A stretch of 64,000 nt of DNA from Laetmonice hystrix (Eukaryota): NCBI GenBank assembly GCA_965235115.1, contig OZ249436.1:41108001-41172000 (forward strand), read 5' to 3'. Below are positions 11,244 through 24,554 of the stretch, one piece after another. How positions within the stretch are numbered: position 1 is the first letter of the stretch; the number at the start of each line of letters is the position of its first letter. Position numbers and translations under genes: made by a program. A model generated the notes under the pieces. The model worked only from the letters and a program-made list of their open reading frames with translations, searched no databases and was not told the origin of the DNA.

Positions 11244-13068
11244 TATAGTTCCCCGACGAAACCGTTCTTTTTTTAACATCTTCAAGCGAATAGCTATTTA
11301 ACAGTACATCGCTGCTTAAGTCATCATACAAATCCGTTGAGAAAGTGTTTTGTTTACCCCGGAGTGTATTATTATGAATAAAGGAACGTACGTAATGTAT
11401 GTATACATATTGTTCAAACATTCACTGAATGCGTCAGGGGTTGGTCGTTTAGTTTTCAATCAGAGTTTGAAATCAATGTTTGCCGGTGGTGCTGTGTGTT
11501 TTCAGTGAGTGATACGTGGTTTGATCAATGAAACGGTAGGCAACTCCTAACAGATATCTTTCTCATGTTACAAGACGTTTCCTCATTGTTTAACATTACT
11601 AATCCTGAATATAGTAGATTTGGCATACTTGAACGGAATGCCCTCCTTAGCATATTGTGATTATAGAGAAATGACGATCTTGTATTTAGCTGAGAGCTTT
11701 ACACTCGTCATTGATATATTACCGGCATCTAAAATATACTGTTGGTTTATTATAGCTTAGCGAGAAGACTGGTTTCTGTGATAAAACAGTCACATGAGCT
11801 GACCTCCAGGAATTATTAAACCATGTAAAAAAAAATAAAACAATGTTAAATCAGATATCAGGCCCTTGTAATTATTTTGGTAATGTGTACCCCCGTATAC
11901 AAGGAGGTACGAGTGTGTACGGGTGGGTGATATGATGATGTCCACATATTCCATGTTTGTGATTTCTTCAACACGGAAACAGTGTTGGACAAGACATACC
12001 GAAAGAGATTTCTAACTATAGAATTACCGGTATATGGAATGGTCACTGACGTGCCATGCATGCACCTATACTGGGTCCAATAGAATTTCTGAATATTTTG
12101 CATAAACCCCACGAATTTCTAACTTGAACTGTGTTTAGCTTAAATACGTATTGGATCGTGGGTGGGGGATTCCCAGATGTATCGGCACGTGGACACGCCT
12201 GGACATGCCCCCCCGGCCTGCTCGTCCGATGACGTGTATGTGGAGCACCTACAGACCGTCAAACTGTGGACTTTGTGGAGTGCATATAAAGATAACGCCG
12301 TTTTGTTTATACTTTTCACTCTCGTTGTCAAGGCGCTAGTCTATAGTAGGCCTACACAGGGATGGCCGCCCGCGGTGTGGAACCTCTTGGTTATAGACTG
12401 GACCTGTTACTGGGACGAACAGCCGGGGCGAAATTATGTACCACGGGGTAAACGCCGAAACCCTGAATCGGGGTAAAGTGGTCGGTCACGCCGTTCTGCT
12501 GACATACATATAGGACCTACTACTTATTAGGTCGTGTTTTTTGGGTAACGTATAAACATTCGATTGGTTGTACTCAGAAGTGTGGACTTTTGTAATATGT
12601 TTGACAGGATTAGGCCCTATTATTTAGGGACCTATCTTTTAACGGCTGTCAAGTTCGTGCCTCTTGAACCATCGATCATGGTTGACAATTAATTGTATAC
12701 CTTTCCGCAGATAAAGAATTATATAAGAGGACATTTATGTAGTAGACCTGTAGTCTATAGTTTTTCGCACATGCACAGATCAGAAAAATACTATTGGGGA
12801 TGAGGATTCTAAGAGCCTGATTGACTATTTATTTGAAGCATTAGAAGGAACACCAAATATTTGGAAAGTCTAAAAGTTGTTTTTAAAGATTAGTATATTT
12901 CAGATCAGACCTGTTGTGTATCTCCCCTGGATCTCTTCGCGATCACGGTGCATCCTTTCATATTGAAACCTCATATAAAGATTTTAATTTCCTGATGAGC
13001 ACTAGATATCGTTAACGATTCTCTTTGATCCATCTCAGGTCATCATCACGTCTCGCTGTGTCTGTAGG

Positions 13069-16000
13069 ATGTTGCACATGGTGATTGCCAACATCCGTTC
13101 TCACGCTACCTCCCTGACCAACGGCCTCAGTATCGTGTTGGTGCTGGTCGGGGAGCTAGTGGTCGGTCGGAACATCTTCCGCTGCCCGTGTGAGTCGGCC
13201 GACTATCGCTTTTTCAGCGACCCGATCCACACCAGAGATGGAGGTGGTAGCAATACGTCCTCAGAGAGGGTCTATTATGCCGTCTGCTTCATCGTATGGC
13301 CTGCCCTGGCTTTCTTCTGCCTGGGTACGCCTGTAAATCTTCCAGTTACAGGCCGGATCCAGAGGGGGAGGGGGGTTGCAACCCCCCTTAGAAATCTAAA
13401 AAAATTCTATCTGAACATGCTAAAGCCATATTTCCACCAGATGCCCCAATGCACAATGCACAGTGCTATTTTAGTTGGCAAAGGAGCAAAGTATAAATGT
13501 AATATCTTGGTAATAAAGTGTTTTTTCACCTGTCAAGTTGTTGCAACCCCCCCTTGAAAAAATCCTGGACCCGGCCCTGAGTTATAACCCCACTGGCGTG
13601 TCAAACGTGGACATTTTGATGATTATTATATCTAGGCCTAACCAAAGACCGACAGAGGACTCTGGCCAGAATAGAGTATATAGTACGGGTGTATGGCTAA
13701 GCCACTTGAAAAATCGAAATCTTTATTCGCAATTTTCTGCAAAGAAAAACTTTATTTCATGTATGACGTTTTATTCTTTCCATTTGAAAAATATAAAGAT
13801 TAGGCTTCTGCTATATGCCCTATAGCCTATTGGCTTCAAAACACTCTGGAATCACCACCCCATGCCCCGAAGCCGGCTTTAATGTTACGTAGCCTGAACG
13901 CAAAAGTTATTCCATAAGGACCCATTTCCGGAAGTAGCCTATCTAGGCCTATACATTTTCCATTTCCAGCTCTGGCAGTGAATGGCAATACCTTGCGCTG
14001 CCTGACGGGTTACCGACGTCACTGTAACATCCGGCGGCACTGCCAGGGGCTGAACTTTCTGTGCCAACACTCACTGACAGCCTTCGTACCACCTCTAACC
14101 TGGGCCGTCATTGTCTTCATGGACGGCAGGTAATGGTTGGACTCGTGCGGGTTTGGTGTGCTGGACCGTTATATCAAACAATATGCCCCAAAGAAAGTTT
14201 CGTTTCTTGACCAACGGCAATCGGCCATTGTCTGTTTGCATGGAGAAAAAAAAAATAAATGTAGTTTTTAGGCCAAAGCCGTATCACCGCACCAGCTGTT
14301 TCTTATGAAAGAACAAGAAAGTAAACTTTTTGTGCCTTATGACGTCCTTGTTCCACGTCTAACCCGTGCGATAAACTGTCGCGGAAAGCGGTTTTGACGA
14401 AGACATATCCTATTAGTACCTGTATTACTTCATGTAGGTACTACACGTGCGCGGTTGCGTCCCTCCCCCCGAACTGTTTACCAGACTCGTCCAAACTGAA
14501 CGGGTCCGAGTTGGTCAACTACGCCATCTTGGTGGCCGAGAATGAACGACACCACGCTGTCAGTCAAATGATCGGTCTAACGTTTCTCGGGGCTGGACTC
14601 ACCCTGGCAGCACTCGGTACGCAAACCATGACCAAACCATGCATGTGAGAGCCCGTCCATGCAAGCTTCATTTGTTTGTTGGTTTATTTTATATCTATTT
14701 TTTTTTTATTAGAAACAAATCTGAATTCGAAATAACATTATAGGGCTATTTGCTTTCTTATAGTTTACATCTCCCCTTAAAATTGGTTGGTTGACCATCC
14801 AAACGTCAGGCAAACAATCGTGACACTTTTTTTTGTCTGTAGGTGTCTTGTGTGGCCAGCTTTGCTCAAATCTGACCTACTACCAACGTCGCTTTATGAG
14901 AATGTTTCGACAGAAAGAGATGGAGACCTTTGCTCAGGTCTCAGAGGTAAGAATTTACAATAATAAGACTCTTGTCAACGGGAACCCCCGTTTTCCCGGC
15001 CGAGCCAGTCATTACCACCAATATAGCTGATTGTAAAGTGTCACACAGCTTTAAATAAACGTGACATTGGGGTTAATTCTAAGTCCTGTCCTGTCCATGC
15101 ACTCTAGTTATGGACGTGATCCACTTGCGTTGCGATGGGTTCCGCGCGTCTACGATTTTTTCTCTCTCGGAAGCTTCGGAAGTACGTAAAAGTGCTCGTG
15201 CCGCGTAAGGAATCGTAGGCTTGCGTAACCCGCGTAAGCACTCGTATGAAAATCGAAAAGCATAATCCACTTGTATATCTTAAGAGCTCTTGCGATTGTC
15301 AGAGAACATCAAAATGGAGCCCGAGGAGGTTGCACTAATTGCTCTCACCTTCGCCTTTTTGGCCGAAGGTGCAAGAGGAACAAGAAATGGAAGATGTTTT
15401 TGGGTTCGCTCCGCGCTCTTCCGAGTGTTTACGAACTCTTTATGCATCTTCCGATATCTTACGCGAGGCCACGCACACTATGCACTCTTCCGATAATATC
15501 TAACATTTTTGATCTGCTCGTAAGGAGGTCCCGAGAGCGCTCTGGCACTCTGGACGTCTGAAGCCCTCGGAACACTCGTGAACTCTCGTGATTCACTTAA
15601 AATGCTTGCGTGTATTCCCGATTTGGAATTTTTTCCTCGGAAGAACTCGTAAGACCGCGCAAGGGCTGAATCGGAAACATCGCAACACAAGTTGATCACG
15701 TCCATTAGACCAGGCCTAATCAACCCCGTATAGCAGCGGAGCCCGTCCGTTCCACTAAGCCCAAAGACGTCTTTGAAATGGTTGCTGAGGGCAAAGAGTT
15801 CTTTGCGGCGACGGGTGTTCCATTAACCACCTATTCTTTAACACTGGCCCCGCAAAGACGTCTTTCCAAAGACGTCTTTGCTAAAGACGTCTTTCGTTAT
15901 GGACGTGATCCACTTGTGTTGGGATGCTTCCGATTCACCCGTTGCGCGGTCTTACGAGCTCTTCCGAGGGAAAAATTTTAAGTGAATCACGCACTACGAG

Positions 16001-17532
16001 AGTTCACGAGTGTTCTGAGGGCTTCTTACGAGTGCCAGAGCGCTCTCGGGACCTCCTTACGAGCAGATCAAAAATGTTAGATATTATCGGAAGAGTGCGC
16101 GTGGCCTCGCGTAAGATATCGGAAGATGCATAAAGAGTTCATAACCACTCGGAAGAGCGCGGAAGGTCTAAACTCTAAAGCGAACCCAAAAACCTAGGGG
16201 GCAGCACCATCAGATGATAACTGGCCAATCAAATCGCGTATTTCCGTCCAACGGCTTTGAACTTTTAAGATGGCGAGAGCCACGAGGCGAAAGGCGACTT
16301 CATCAGAGGGAAAACCCGCAAAGAAAAATCTGGAAGCGATCCCAGATTCCCGTTTGTTGATCCATTCCCAGACCCAAAATTTATGTTTTCTTTTTTGTCC
16401 TCTTTCCTTTTCTTCCATTTCTTATTCCTCACCTTCGGCCAAAAAGGCGAAGGTGAGGGCAACCAGTGAAACCTCCTCGGCCTCCATTTTGATGTCCTCT
16501 GACGATCGGAAAAGCTCTTAAGATACACAACTGGACTATATATGCTTTCCGATTTTCTTTCGAGTGCTTACGCGGGTTACGCAAGCCTACGATTCCTTAC
16601 GCGGCCTTACGAGCACTTTTACGTAGGCTTCTTCCGAAGCTTCCGATACAGAGAAAATCGTAGACGCGCGGAAGCCATCGCAACGCAAGTGGATCATGTC
16701 CATAGTGGAACACACCCTGGTGACGAGATCTAATAGGCCTAGCTAGCTGTGATCTCTGATTCATGATGACAACACCCTCATCAAAGGAGACATGTCATTT
16801 TCTGTTTGGGGAACCTTTTAACGTGTGTTTCTTTGTCTCAAGGAGCTTCTCATCGATCATCTGACAGCCAAATGGCGGCAGTTCATGGTAACGGCCCGAC
16901 CAGACGACTGGGATGCCATCTCAGGTTTACCGGCAGGTGCCCCTGTCGTCGTCGGCGGGAAGGAGTTCTACTCGGACTTCCACATCTGGCAGGCCGGGCT
17001 GAGACCGCGTGACGATATCCAGATCAGTTCTACTCCCGTAGGACCATCGCGTCAAGTAGACATACAACAATCAAACATCCTGACATCAGAAAACAAAACG
17101 AAAGATGCGAATTTGTACCCACCGCCTGGCTACACCGAGATTGCTGCTCTGGAAAGGCCGAGATCTAGTAATCATTCCACAGCTTTCATGGCTACCGTAC
17201 CTCTGGTGGCAGGATCAAGAACCACAGAAGAGACCCCAGAAACAGCAACGGGAGGGTCACAGGCAAAACAAACGCGCAGTTTTGGGACCCAAACTAAATT
17301 TATGGATGGTCGAAAGGTGATGCAGGTGTCTGGTAAAAAAGTGTCCTTTATTAACACTGGCTTTGAGGGAGATGGATCAGGTAGGCCTAGGTCTCTGACC
17401 CATTCGGAGGAGCATCATAGTCGGAGTGACGGTGGGCCCAATGAGGCTAAAATAGGCCTATCGACCATAAATCTAAGCCTGCCCACTGTTGAGGTGACAG
17501 AACTGCCAACAGGTGATCAAAGGCTCAAGTAA
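13069..17532 (+). CDS. CALHM: Calcium homeostasis modulator (CALHM/FAM26) family channel, 5 coding exons, 462 aa
   Basis: Exons 13069-13324, 13970-14129, 14438-14616, 14843-14946, 16843-17532. Introns are GT-AG and the phases are compatible (1389 nt). CALHM-type motifs: FRCPC, YAVCFIVWPALAFF, AFVPPLTWAVIVFMDGRYYTCA, SQMIG, TYYQRRF...KEMETF, WDAIS, YSDFHIW. Four hydrophobic segments. Family call only; no specific paralog assigned. Confidence 0.88.
13349..13579. mobile_element. MITE with 5-bp TSD in CALHM intron 1
   Basis: CAGGCCGGATCCAG ... CTGGACCCGGCCCTG, flanked by AGTTA (13344-13348, 13580-13584). Confidence 0.8.
15111..15704 (+). mobile_element. Harbinger-derived MITE, copy A
   Basis: TIR TGGACGTGATCCACTTG / CAAGTTGATCACGTCCA, with a TTA duplication on both sides. 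Confidence 0.85.
15900..16702 (-). mobile_element. Harbinger-derived MITE, copy B (inverted relative to copy A, about 200 bp longer)
   Basis: Same TIRs as copy A. Its reverse complement aligns to copy A from both ends. Flanks TTA/TAG. Confidence 0.85.
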
Positions 17533-19187
17533 GCCTTGCTCAAAATATTATTGAGAGGTCCTATTATTCATAGGCCCTACTTCAGCTGGTATATAATAGG
17601 CCTGGCTTTTGGGGGGAAATGGACCTACATAATTTAGGGCTCAGGAAACATCACCTATCATGTCATCAAACTGTCTGAGAATACTGCAGGATCACTACCA
17701 AAGACGGATAGAGACAAAAAGTTGTAAGGGGAAAATTAAATGCCTTCGTCGTTTCCAACGGGAGTATAACCTCTGACCCAATCCACAACATATATGGCCA
17801 CGGTGAACAGCCTATAGGCTATAGCCAACATGTACACGGAAACTATATTTAAAATTTTCTTTAGGGGCGACCCTTTAATATCAAATGTAACGCCTGTTAC
17901 TTTCTATTCTATTCAAATATAGTTTTGACACAGAGAGTTGCAGGGGTAGACTCTCCTTGCATGTTTGGGCTCGCCAGTCGGGTGTATAGATCTGCGCTAT
18001 GTCGGGCCGCGGGCCACGATGATTATGGTGACATTTAGGCTAATATGCATTAGGTTAAGTAGGCCTATTGATAATTTGCATATATAGTTAAGTGTATGCG
18101 TATAGTAAACGGTCGATGTATTACAAGATCACCTGCATGCATGTGACGTGTTTGGACGTGCCCTCCTGAGAAACGTTTGGAGATCTCACGCACCATTCAT
18201 TTTGATCTCAGCACTATACGAACCCTTCATGAGATGAAATAATTAGGCAGGAACAACGATGCAGCAAACTGTTATTTTATTGCGATAAGTGACCCTTTAA
18301 ATAATGCGAATCCACAGGTCATTCTCCAGTTCTCTAGCGCCATGATCTGGTCCGTGTCCTAAAGCGTGACCGGAATCGTGTACGCCCGGGAGAGGAACGT
18401 CTCCTACCAATCCGGCCGCGGAAACGGCTGCCTATTCCCCGCTTCTCCGTCCCTGTCAGCTCCCGGATGGACTGAAGGACTCGGTCAGTCATCCCCTGAC
18501 TCTCAGCGGCCACAGGCTCGGCGTCTCCTACATGGATCAATGGAAGAAAAGGCTGACATTTAAACCTTATTAAAATCGTTTAGGATGGTCTATACTCTGG
18601 CCATGTGTGACTCAAGTAATAAGATGGCAAGTAATAAGATGGCAAGATGGTCGATCATTGGTGAAGACATTAGGGCCTAGGCCTACTATATAAATCTCGC
18701 AGGCTTAACGAACAGAAAGTTCAAGAAATAACAGGATTTCCAATTAGATATGATCATTTTAGCCCCCCCCCCCCCCACACACACACACTACAAACTCAAT
18801 ATATGTATACTTAGTTGTGTCTAGGGGAACTGAACCCCACAGGGTTCCCTACTATCCTTGGGGTTTTGAACGACCAAAGGTTTGTACGCCCGTCACGCGT
18901 GATCTGTTTTGACCTATAGATCTAGTCTGACCTACCGTCCTGAAGCATCACTGCCAGAAGTACGGAGACACAGGCAACAAGGACAATTCCCGTTTTCCAC
19001 ATCGTCGGTCGAGCTTTACTCCTGTGGGAATCCAACAGAATATCTCGCAGTATATGTGCCTACTGCAGGCGTTATTATAGAGCTTCTGTCGGACACGATT
19101 ATTTATAACAACCTCGATCCCTGTGACCATTCCGCTATTAAAGGGAAACACGCGAGCGTCCCTTTGTCAGAACTTTATGGTAACCAG

Positions 19188-19360
19188 GGCCTGGTTCGCG
19201 ATACTAAGACATCTTGCTTAAGCTTAAGTTTAACGCAGTTGATTGGCTAGTTGTCACCGGTTTAGAATCTAAGCAAGGCAGCTTAAATGTGTGGCAATCA
19301 GCCAATCAGAAATGTTAAGCTTATGCTTAAGCAAGATGTCTTAGTATCGCGAACAGGGCC
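19188..19360. mobile_element. MITE with long TIRs and CAG TSD (Harbinger-like)
   Basis: GGCCTGGTTCGCGATACTAAGACATCTTGCTTAAGC / GCTTAAGCAAGATGTCTTAGTATCGCGAACAGGGCC, with CAG on both flanks. Confidence 0.8.
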
Positions 19361-19538
19361 CAGAGGTATCAAAATGTTTGGCAAGAGTGAGTCGGGGGAG
19401 GGGGGGGGGGTGGTCGGGGAAATCACAAACTAAGCAGAGTCAGAGGGACTGAATTCAATATCTTTAATGCTGGAGAGCAAATAAAATTCAGGGGAGGCAA
19501 TTGCCCCTTGCCCTGGCCTCGGTATAACCATGAATGTT

Positions 19539-19750
19539 CGCCGTGCCGAAGAGAGGTGGCGCCCCCTGGATATCCGTCCCAAGTCGGTTGAATGTTCTAT
19601 AAATAACCTACTTCGCCCAAGGCCGCCTCGTACGGCCTGGGCTGTTGTGTGCGGGTTCAGCACCGGGAGTGTACATAGTTCCCCATGTCATAGAACAGTC
19701 AACCGACTTGGGATGGATATCCAGGGGGCGCCACTCTCTTCGCCACGGCG
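19539..19750. mobile_element. MITE with ~50-bp inverted arms
   Basis: gtggcgccccctggatatccgtcccaagtcggttga / tcaaccgacttgggatggatatccagggggcgccac. Exact ends uncertain. Confidence 0.7.
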
Positions 19751-20506
19751 TTCAAAGTATACAGAGGGCCTTTAAGATTGCACGGCTTTCTTTATTCATT
19801 TTGACAAACATATGCCAACTCGTAATAAGTTTGAACAGTGAACCTAATTCATGAGTGCTAGGTTACCCTTTAAGGAGATGAAAGGGTATAGCTATAGGCC
19901 TCATAATCAAATACAGGGTGCTCCGGAAATGGAGTGAGTGGAGTCCATCCAACAAATAGGCCAGTTCAGCAGGACGCTGGTGGTGTTGCTGGGACTATCT
20001 ATTATGCCTATCGGGCCTACCATCAGTCTGCATGATGGTTTTCATAGCCGGTATTTACTTATAACAGTCTACACCTCGCATAATTCGCTCTGCTTCGGTA
20101 GATGATGAAGGCCTATCTCTGCACGGGAATTGTTAAATGTCTGTTCGCAAGTCTATGGCGTGGGACTACAAGTTAGCTTCCAGACAAATTGATCGCTTTT
20201 AACCTACAACGTGATGAGTTTGAAATGTCACCAGGATGAAGGAAAAAATAGGGATGATAGGTTCATTAAGTTGTTATGGATGTCCGTGTTGCAGGGGGAA
20301 AATATATTCTCTGGACATAACAGCTATAGCCTACAGTCAGGGGCATAAGGACTAGACCAAATCATGAAAACAACCTGCCAGGTTACTCGGCCTGCGCTTT
20401 TGTTGGCACATCCGTCGGCCGATGTACTTCACCTTCCTCCTGTGGGCCACAAGTCAGTCCTTTCACACATAGGGGCCTCGCGGCTATCTACCGTCAATAT
20501 CCGCCA

Positions 20507-21340
20507 GAGATCTTCCCCCTGTCAAGATCCGCCAGAGATCTTCCTCCTGTCAAGATCTGTCAGAGATCTTCCCCCTGTCAAGATCCGCCAGAGATCTTCC
20601 TCCTGTCAAGATCCGCCAGAGATCTTCCTCCTGTCAAGATCTGCCAGAGATCTTCCTCCTGTCAAGATCTGCCACAGACCTTCCTCCTGTCAAGATCTGC
20701 CAGAGATCTTCCTCCTGTCAAGATCTGCCACAGACCTTCCTCCTGTCAAGATCTGCCAGAGATCTTCCCCCTGTCAAGATCCGCCAGAGATCTTCCTCCT
20801 GTCAAGATCTGCCAGAGATCTTCCTCCTGTCAAGATCCGCCAGAGATCTTCCTACCGTCAAGATCTGCCAGAGATCTTCCTCCTGTCAAGATCTGCCAGA
20901 GATCTTCCTCCTGTCAAGATCTGCCAGAGATCTCCCTCCTGTCAAGATCTGCCACAGACCTTCCTCCTGTCAAGATCTGCCAGAGATCTCCCTCCTGTCA
21001 AGATCTGCCAGAGATCTTCCTCCTGTCAAGATCTGCCAGAGATCTTCCTCCTGTCAAGATCTGCCACAGACCTTCCTCCTGTCAAGATCTCCCAGAGATC
21101 TTCCTCCTGTCAAGATCTGCCAGAGATCTTCCTACCGTCAAGATCTGCCAGAGATCTTCCTCCTGTCAAGATCTGCCAGAGATCTTCCTCCTGTCAAGAT
21201 CTGCCAGAGATCTCCCTCCTGTCAAGATCTGCCACAGACCTTCCTCCTGTCAAGATCTGCCAGAGATCTCCCTCCTGTCAAGATCTGCCAGAGATCTTCC
21301 TCCTGTCAAGATCAGCCAGAGATCTTCCTATGGTCAAGAT
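20507..21340. repeat. 28-bp minisatellite (gatcttcctcctgtcaagatctgccaga), about 30 copies
   Basis: Direct tandem copies. The 28-aa periodicity of the 376-aa ORF equals three 28-nt units. Confidence 0.95.
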
Positions 21341-22992
21341 CTCTCGTATCGCCATCAGCCGGACTATCACGGTGGACCTCATCAAAGACTGCAACCCAAT
21401 CTTGCTGCGGTTCACACATGTCATGATGTACAAGGCACTGCATGGTCGCATGCTGGACCATGCATCAGTCACATGCTGGACCACAGCAAAATGACGGTGT
21501 CTTAAGTTCACCAACCTGCAGACAGCTGTCTTAAAAACTAGTGTAGATCTAAGTAGATCTCACCCCCCACCCCCGGCCCCCAACTGAAATGCCCCCACCC
21601 CTACGGAAATTTCTGGATCGGCCCCTGTATTTTTTCACCTTTGTTTCAGAGTTTGTTTTAGCACAAGCTCTCTCCTGGCCGAAACGATTGGCGGCTTCAT
21701 TTCGGACCAGTTTGTACTTCCAAGGGTGTGTGTTGTCCCTCTTGTGGCATTTCGTTAGTTAGGTGGCGAAAAGTAACACTAATCACTGCCCAAATCTACA
21801 ACAGTTCTCTTATGTAAGATCACCTCTGTAAGTGGTCTCAGTCAAAATCGGGCAAACTCATGGAAAGTAATAGACGATCATATAAGTAGGACAAGGAGCA
21901 AAACGGAGTAAATCCCACGGTTGTTCCAGTAGTCCTAAATCAAAGAATTTACTGAAACTCGGTCATTGCCTCCCTTTCGTTACAATCATCTTTCTTGCAA
22001 ACTTCATCTGCTACCGGTTAGTGTGTGGAAGTTCCGGCAGGTGTCGCGGTAGGCGGCCACTCCTGCAGACGCGGCTAAGTATGGTTGAAAATACATGTAA
22101 TTGCTGAGATTACGGAACGAATGTTTCTCACAAACGACTGTAATTCGTAATTAAATTAAGAAAAGACAAAGTAGTTATATTGCGTACTACAAAAACTAAA
22201 GATGAGTTTATTGTTTTTTTGTATGATTATCAATTCAAAGTCAGTTCCAATGTTTAAACGTACACATATAATCTATTTGCTGTACATTGTATACGAATGA
22301 GTAAAAAAAGAAAACCGTGTGTACACGCATACACAATGGTCAACTATATAAAGATGCATAATGATTTAGAGGGCCATTATCACGGTTCTTATCGGGAATT
22401 TCTTCGATTTGGATGTGGTTTGAGCACAACAAAAGGTGGCATTATATCTTGTTCAAACGAGATACCGTAATGCGATGAATTAAAAAAATACACTTCACAA
22501 TGAACAGTAATTAGGTTCCTTGCAGATTCACAATCTGAAGACGGATGTAATTTCCTGAGGTTCGACATCAAGTACATGGATACATGTATAATATAATAAA
22601 GGTATAATCTGGCAGTGAATTTTCATTGTGTGGACAAATTTGAGATATTGCACACAAAATGCCCTGTATACATGCATTAGTACACGGCCACGTGAATCTC
22701 TAAGTACCGTCTATGTTGACATGATATATTTGTGACTTATTATAAATTTCTTCAACAGTTGCGTTTTGCTCTTTGGCAATTAGAGCTCTTCCATAGAGCT
22801 CGACGATGAACCTAAGTGCAAAATTCTATTCAGGACCCAAATACATACATTAAAATACATATACTGTTACAGATATGACGATGATTATACCCGGGATATT
22901 TGTCTGCCAAATAACATTATACACTCAGGGGCAGTATGAAAACAAGGACTCTTTCACTGTTCACTAAAGGTAAGGTCCTCGACCCTTATATA

Positions 22993-23214
22993 AAGGGTGA
23001 CCCAGCAAAATTCAGAATGGGAGTGTACATAGTACTTCTAACTACTATTCATAATAATTAATTTCAACCCTTTTCTACACACAGGTACATGTGTGTGTAC
23101 ACATTTACCACATAGGAGCCTTCGTTTACGACATTAGTACTCCCTTTGCTCCCCAAAATTTATTATGTAATAAATCATTAAATAAGCCATCCTGAATTTT
23201 GTTGGGTCACCCTT
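22993..23214. mobile_element. Tc1/mariner-type MITE (TA TSD)
   Basis: AAGGGTGACCCAGCAAAATTCAGAATGG / CCATCCTGAATTTTGTTGGGTCACCCTT, flanked by TA. Confidence 0.7.
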
Positions 23215-23622
23215 TAAATTCAATACGAGTTGATTGCTTATCTAAAATGTCATTCAAAATTAAACTGCACAATCCTGAATACAACATTTTATAGTCTGTG
23301 GTAAACCATTATCAAATTATATCTAAACAGTCATTTCATATTATCCTTTGCATTTTCTTTGTCAGATCTGCAGGATTGCTTGGTTTTCAATATGAGTTTG
23401 ATGCTCCCTCTGTGAGACTGCCGTTATGTTGTGGTTTGAGGGGTTCACTCACATCGACTCCCGTCTTTACTGGGATGTTGGCGGGAATGTTCTCCTGGTC
23501 CTGATCAAGCGCCCGTCCCGTCACTATGTCAACTTAAAACAAACAACAGTTTGGTTACCTAAGGTTTCCAATCGGCCAATTCTTTACCTTCTACAGCAGT
23601 GTACTGTAACTTAATACTTACT

Positions 23623-23888
23623 CAAGGTTCCCACAGGTTTGCTATACATGTATTGAAATTTCATGACTTTTCCAGACCCAAACTCCCAAATTTCATGACC
23701 AATTATGGATAAAATTAACTAAATACACTAAAATCCCAGAATGGTCCCCTAGTACGTCATGGAACTTTACAATTTAGGCCTAACAGAAACAAAATGAGTT
23801 TCGAGAGAAATATTAAATTCCATGACTTTTTCATGATGTTTCCTCGTTTTTCTATTTTCCATGACTTTTCATGACCATGGGAACCCTG
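23623..23888. mobile_element. MITE with 5-bp TSD
   Basis: CAAGGTTCCCA / TGGGAACCCTG, flanked by TTACT on both sides. Subterminal ttcatgactttt repeats. Confidence 0.8.
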
Positions 23889-24554
23889 TTACTTTAACAT
23901 AGCGACGCCTCCACCTTCAAGATCACATGATACACTGTGAGGAGTAATTTATAATTACTATACATGTGTCACTGGAGACTTCCAAAATCATTCACTACCT
24001 GGATTTGTTTTTCAGTCTAGTCAGACTGTGGATATAATACAAAATAATGTAGTAGTTTTTTTGGAAGTCATGATAGACAGAACAGGGTCTTGGACTTAAT
24101 ATTGTAAAAGTTAGCAACACTAAAGTTACGGTATATATGTACATTCATATAAAATATAAATTATCCGGAGTATTTTGCTGCGAAATGGACGGGATGGCCT
24201 TCTTTGTCAATGAGATATCTGATGTTTGAAACTGACTAGGACAGAAGTACCTGAAGGTCAGTGCTGAGATGGTTACACATCTGGGAATCAGATCGGTTCA
24301 GCAAAATTATTCTCGGCATTATATACATACAAAATTCATAATTATATCAATTCCTTTATAAGGATGATATTTCAATATGATAAAGTTAGGTCGCGAATAA
24401 ATGTAATAAGTTAGATGTGTATAAGCTCATAAAGCTCACGAAATCATGGGTATCAAGCTAGTCCAACAAAGACTAGTGCCCCTATGACTTCTGTTCATTT
24501 GAGACCATGACGGAAAATGATTGCTGTTGTGTCTTAGCAGTCATTATTTTAGCC

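Noticed and set aside
12992..13025. Hammerhead ribozyme core CTGATGAG
   Set aside because: No stem II followed by GAAA. The same applies to the copies near 42137 and 47158.
20364..21494. 376-aa ORF as a protein-coding gene
   Set aside because: Explained by a stop-free 28-bp repeat with no recognisable domain. Kept only as a low-interest finding.
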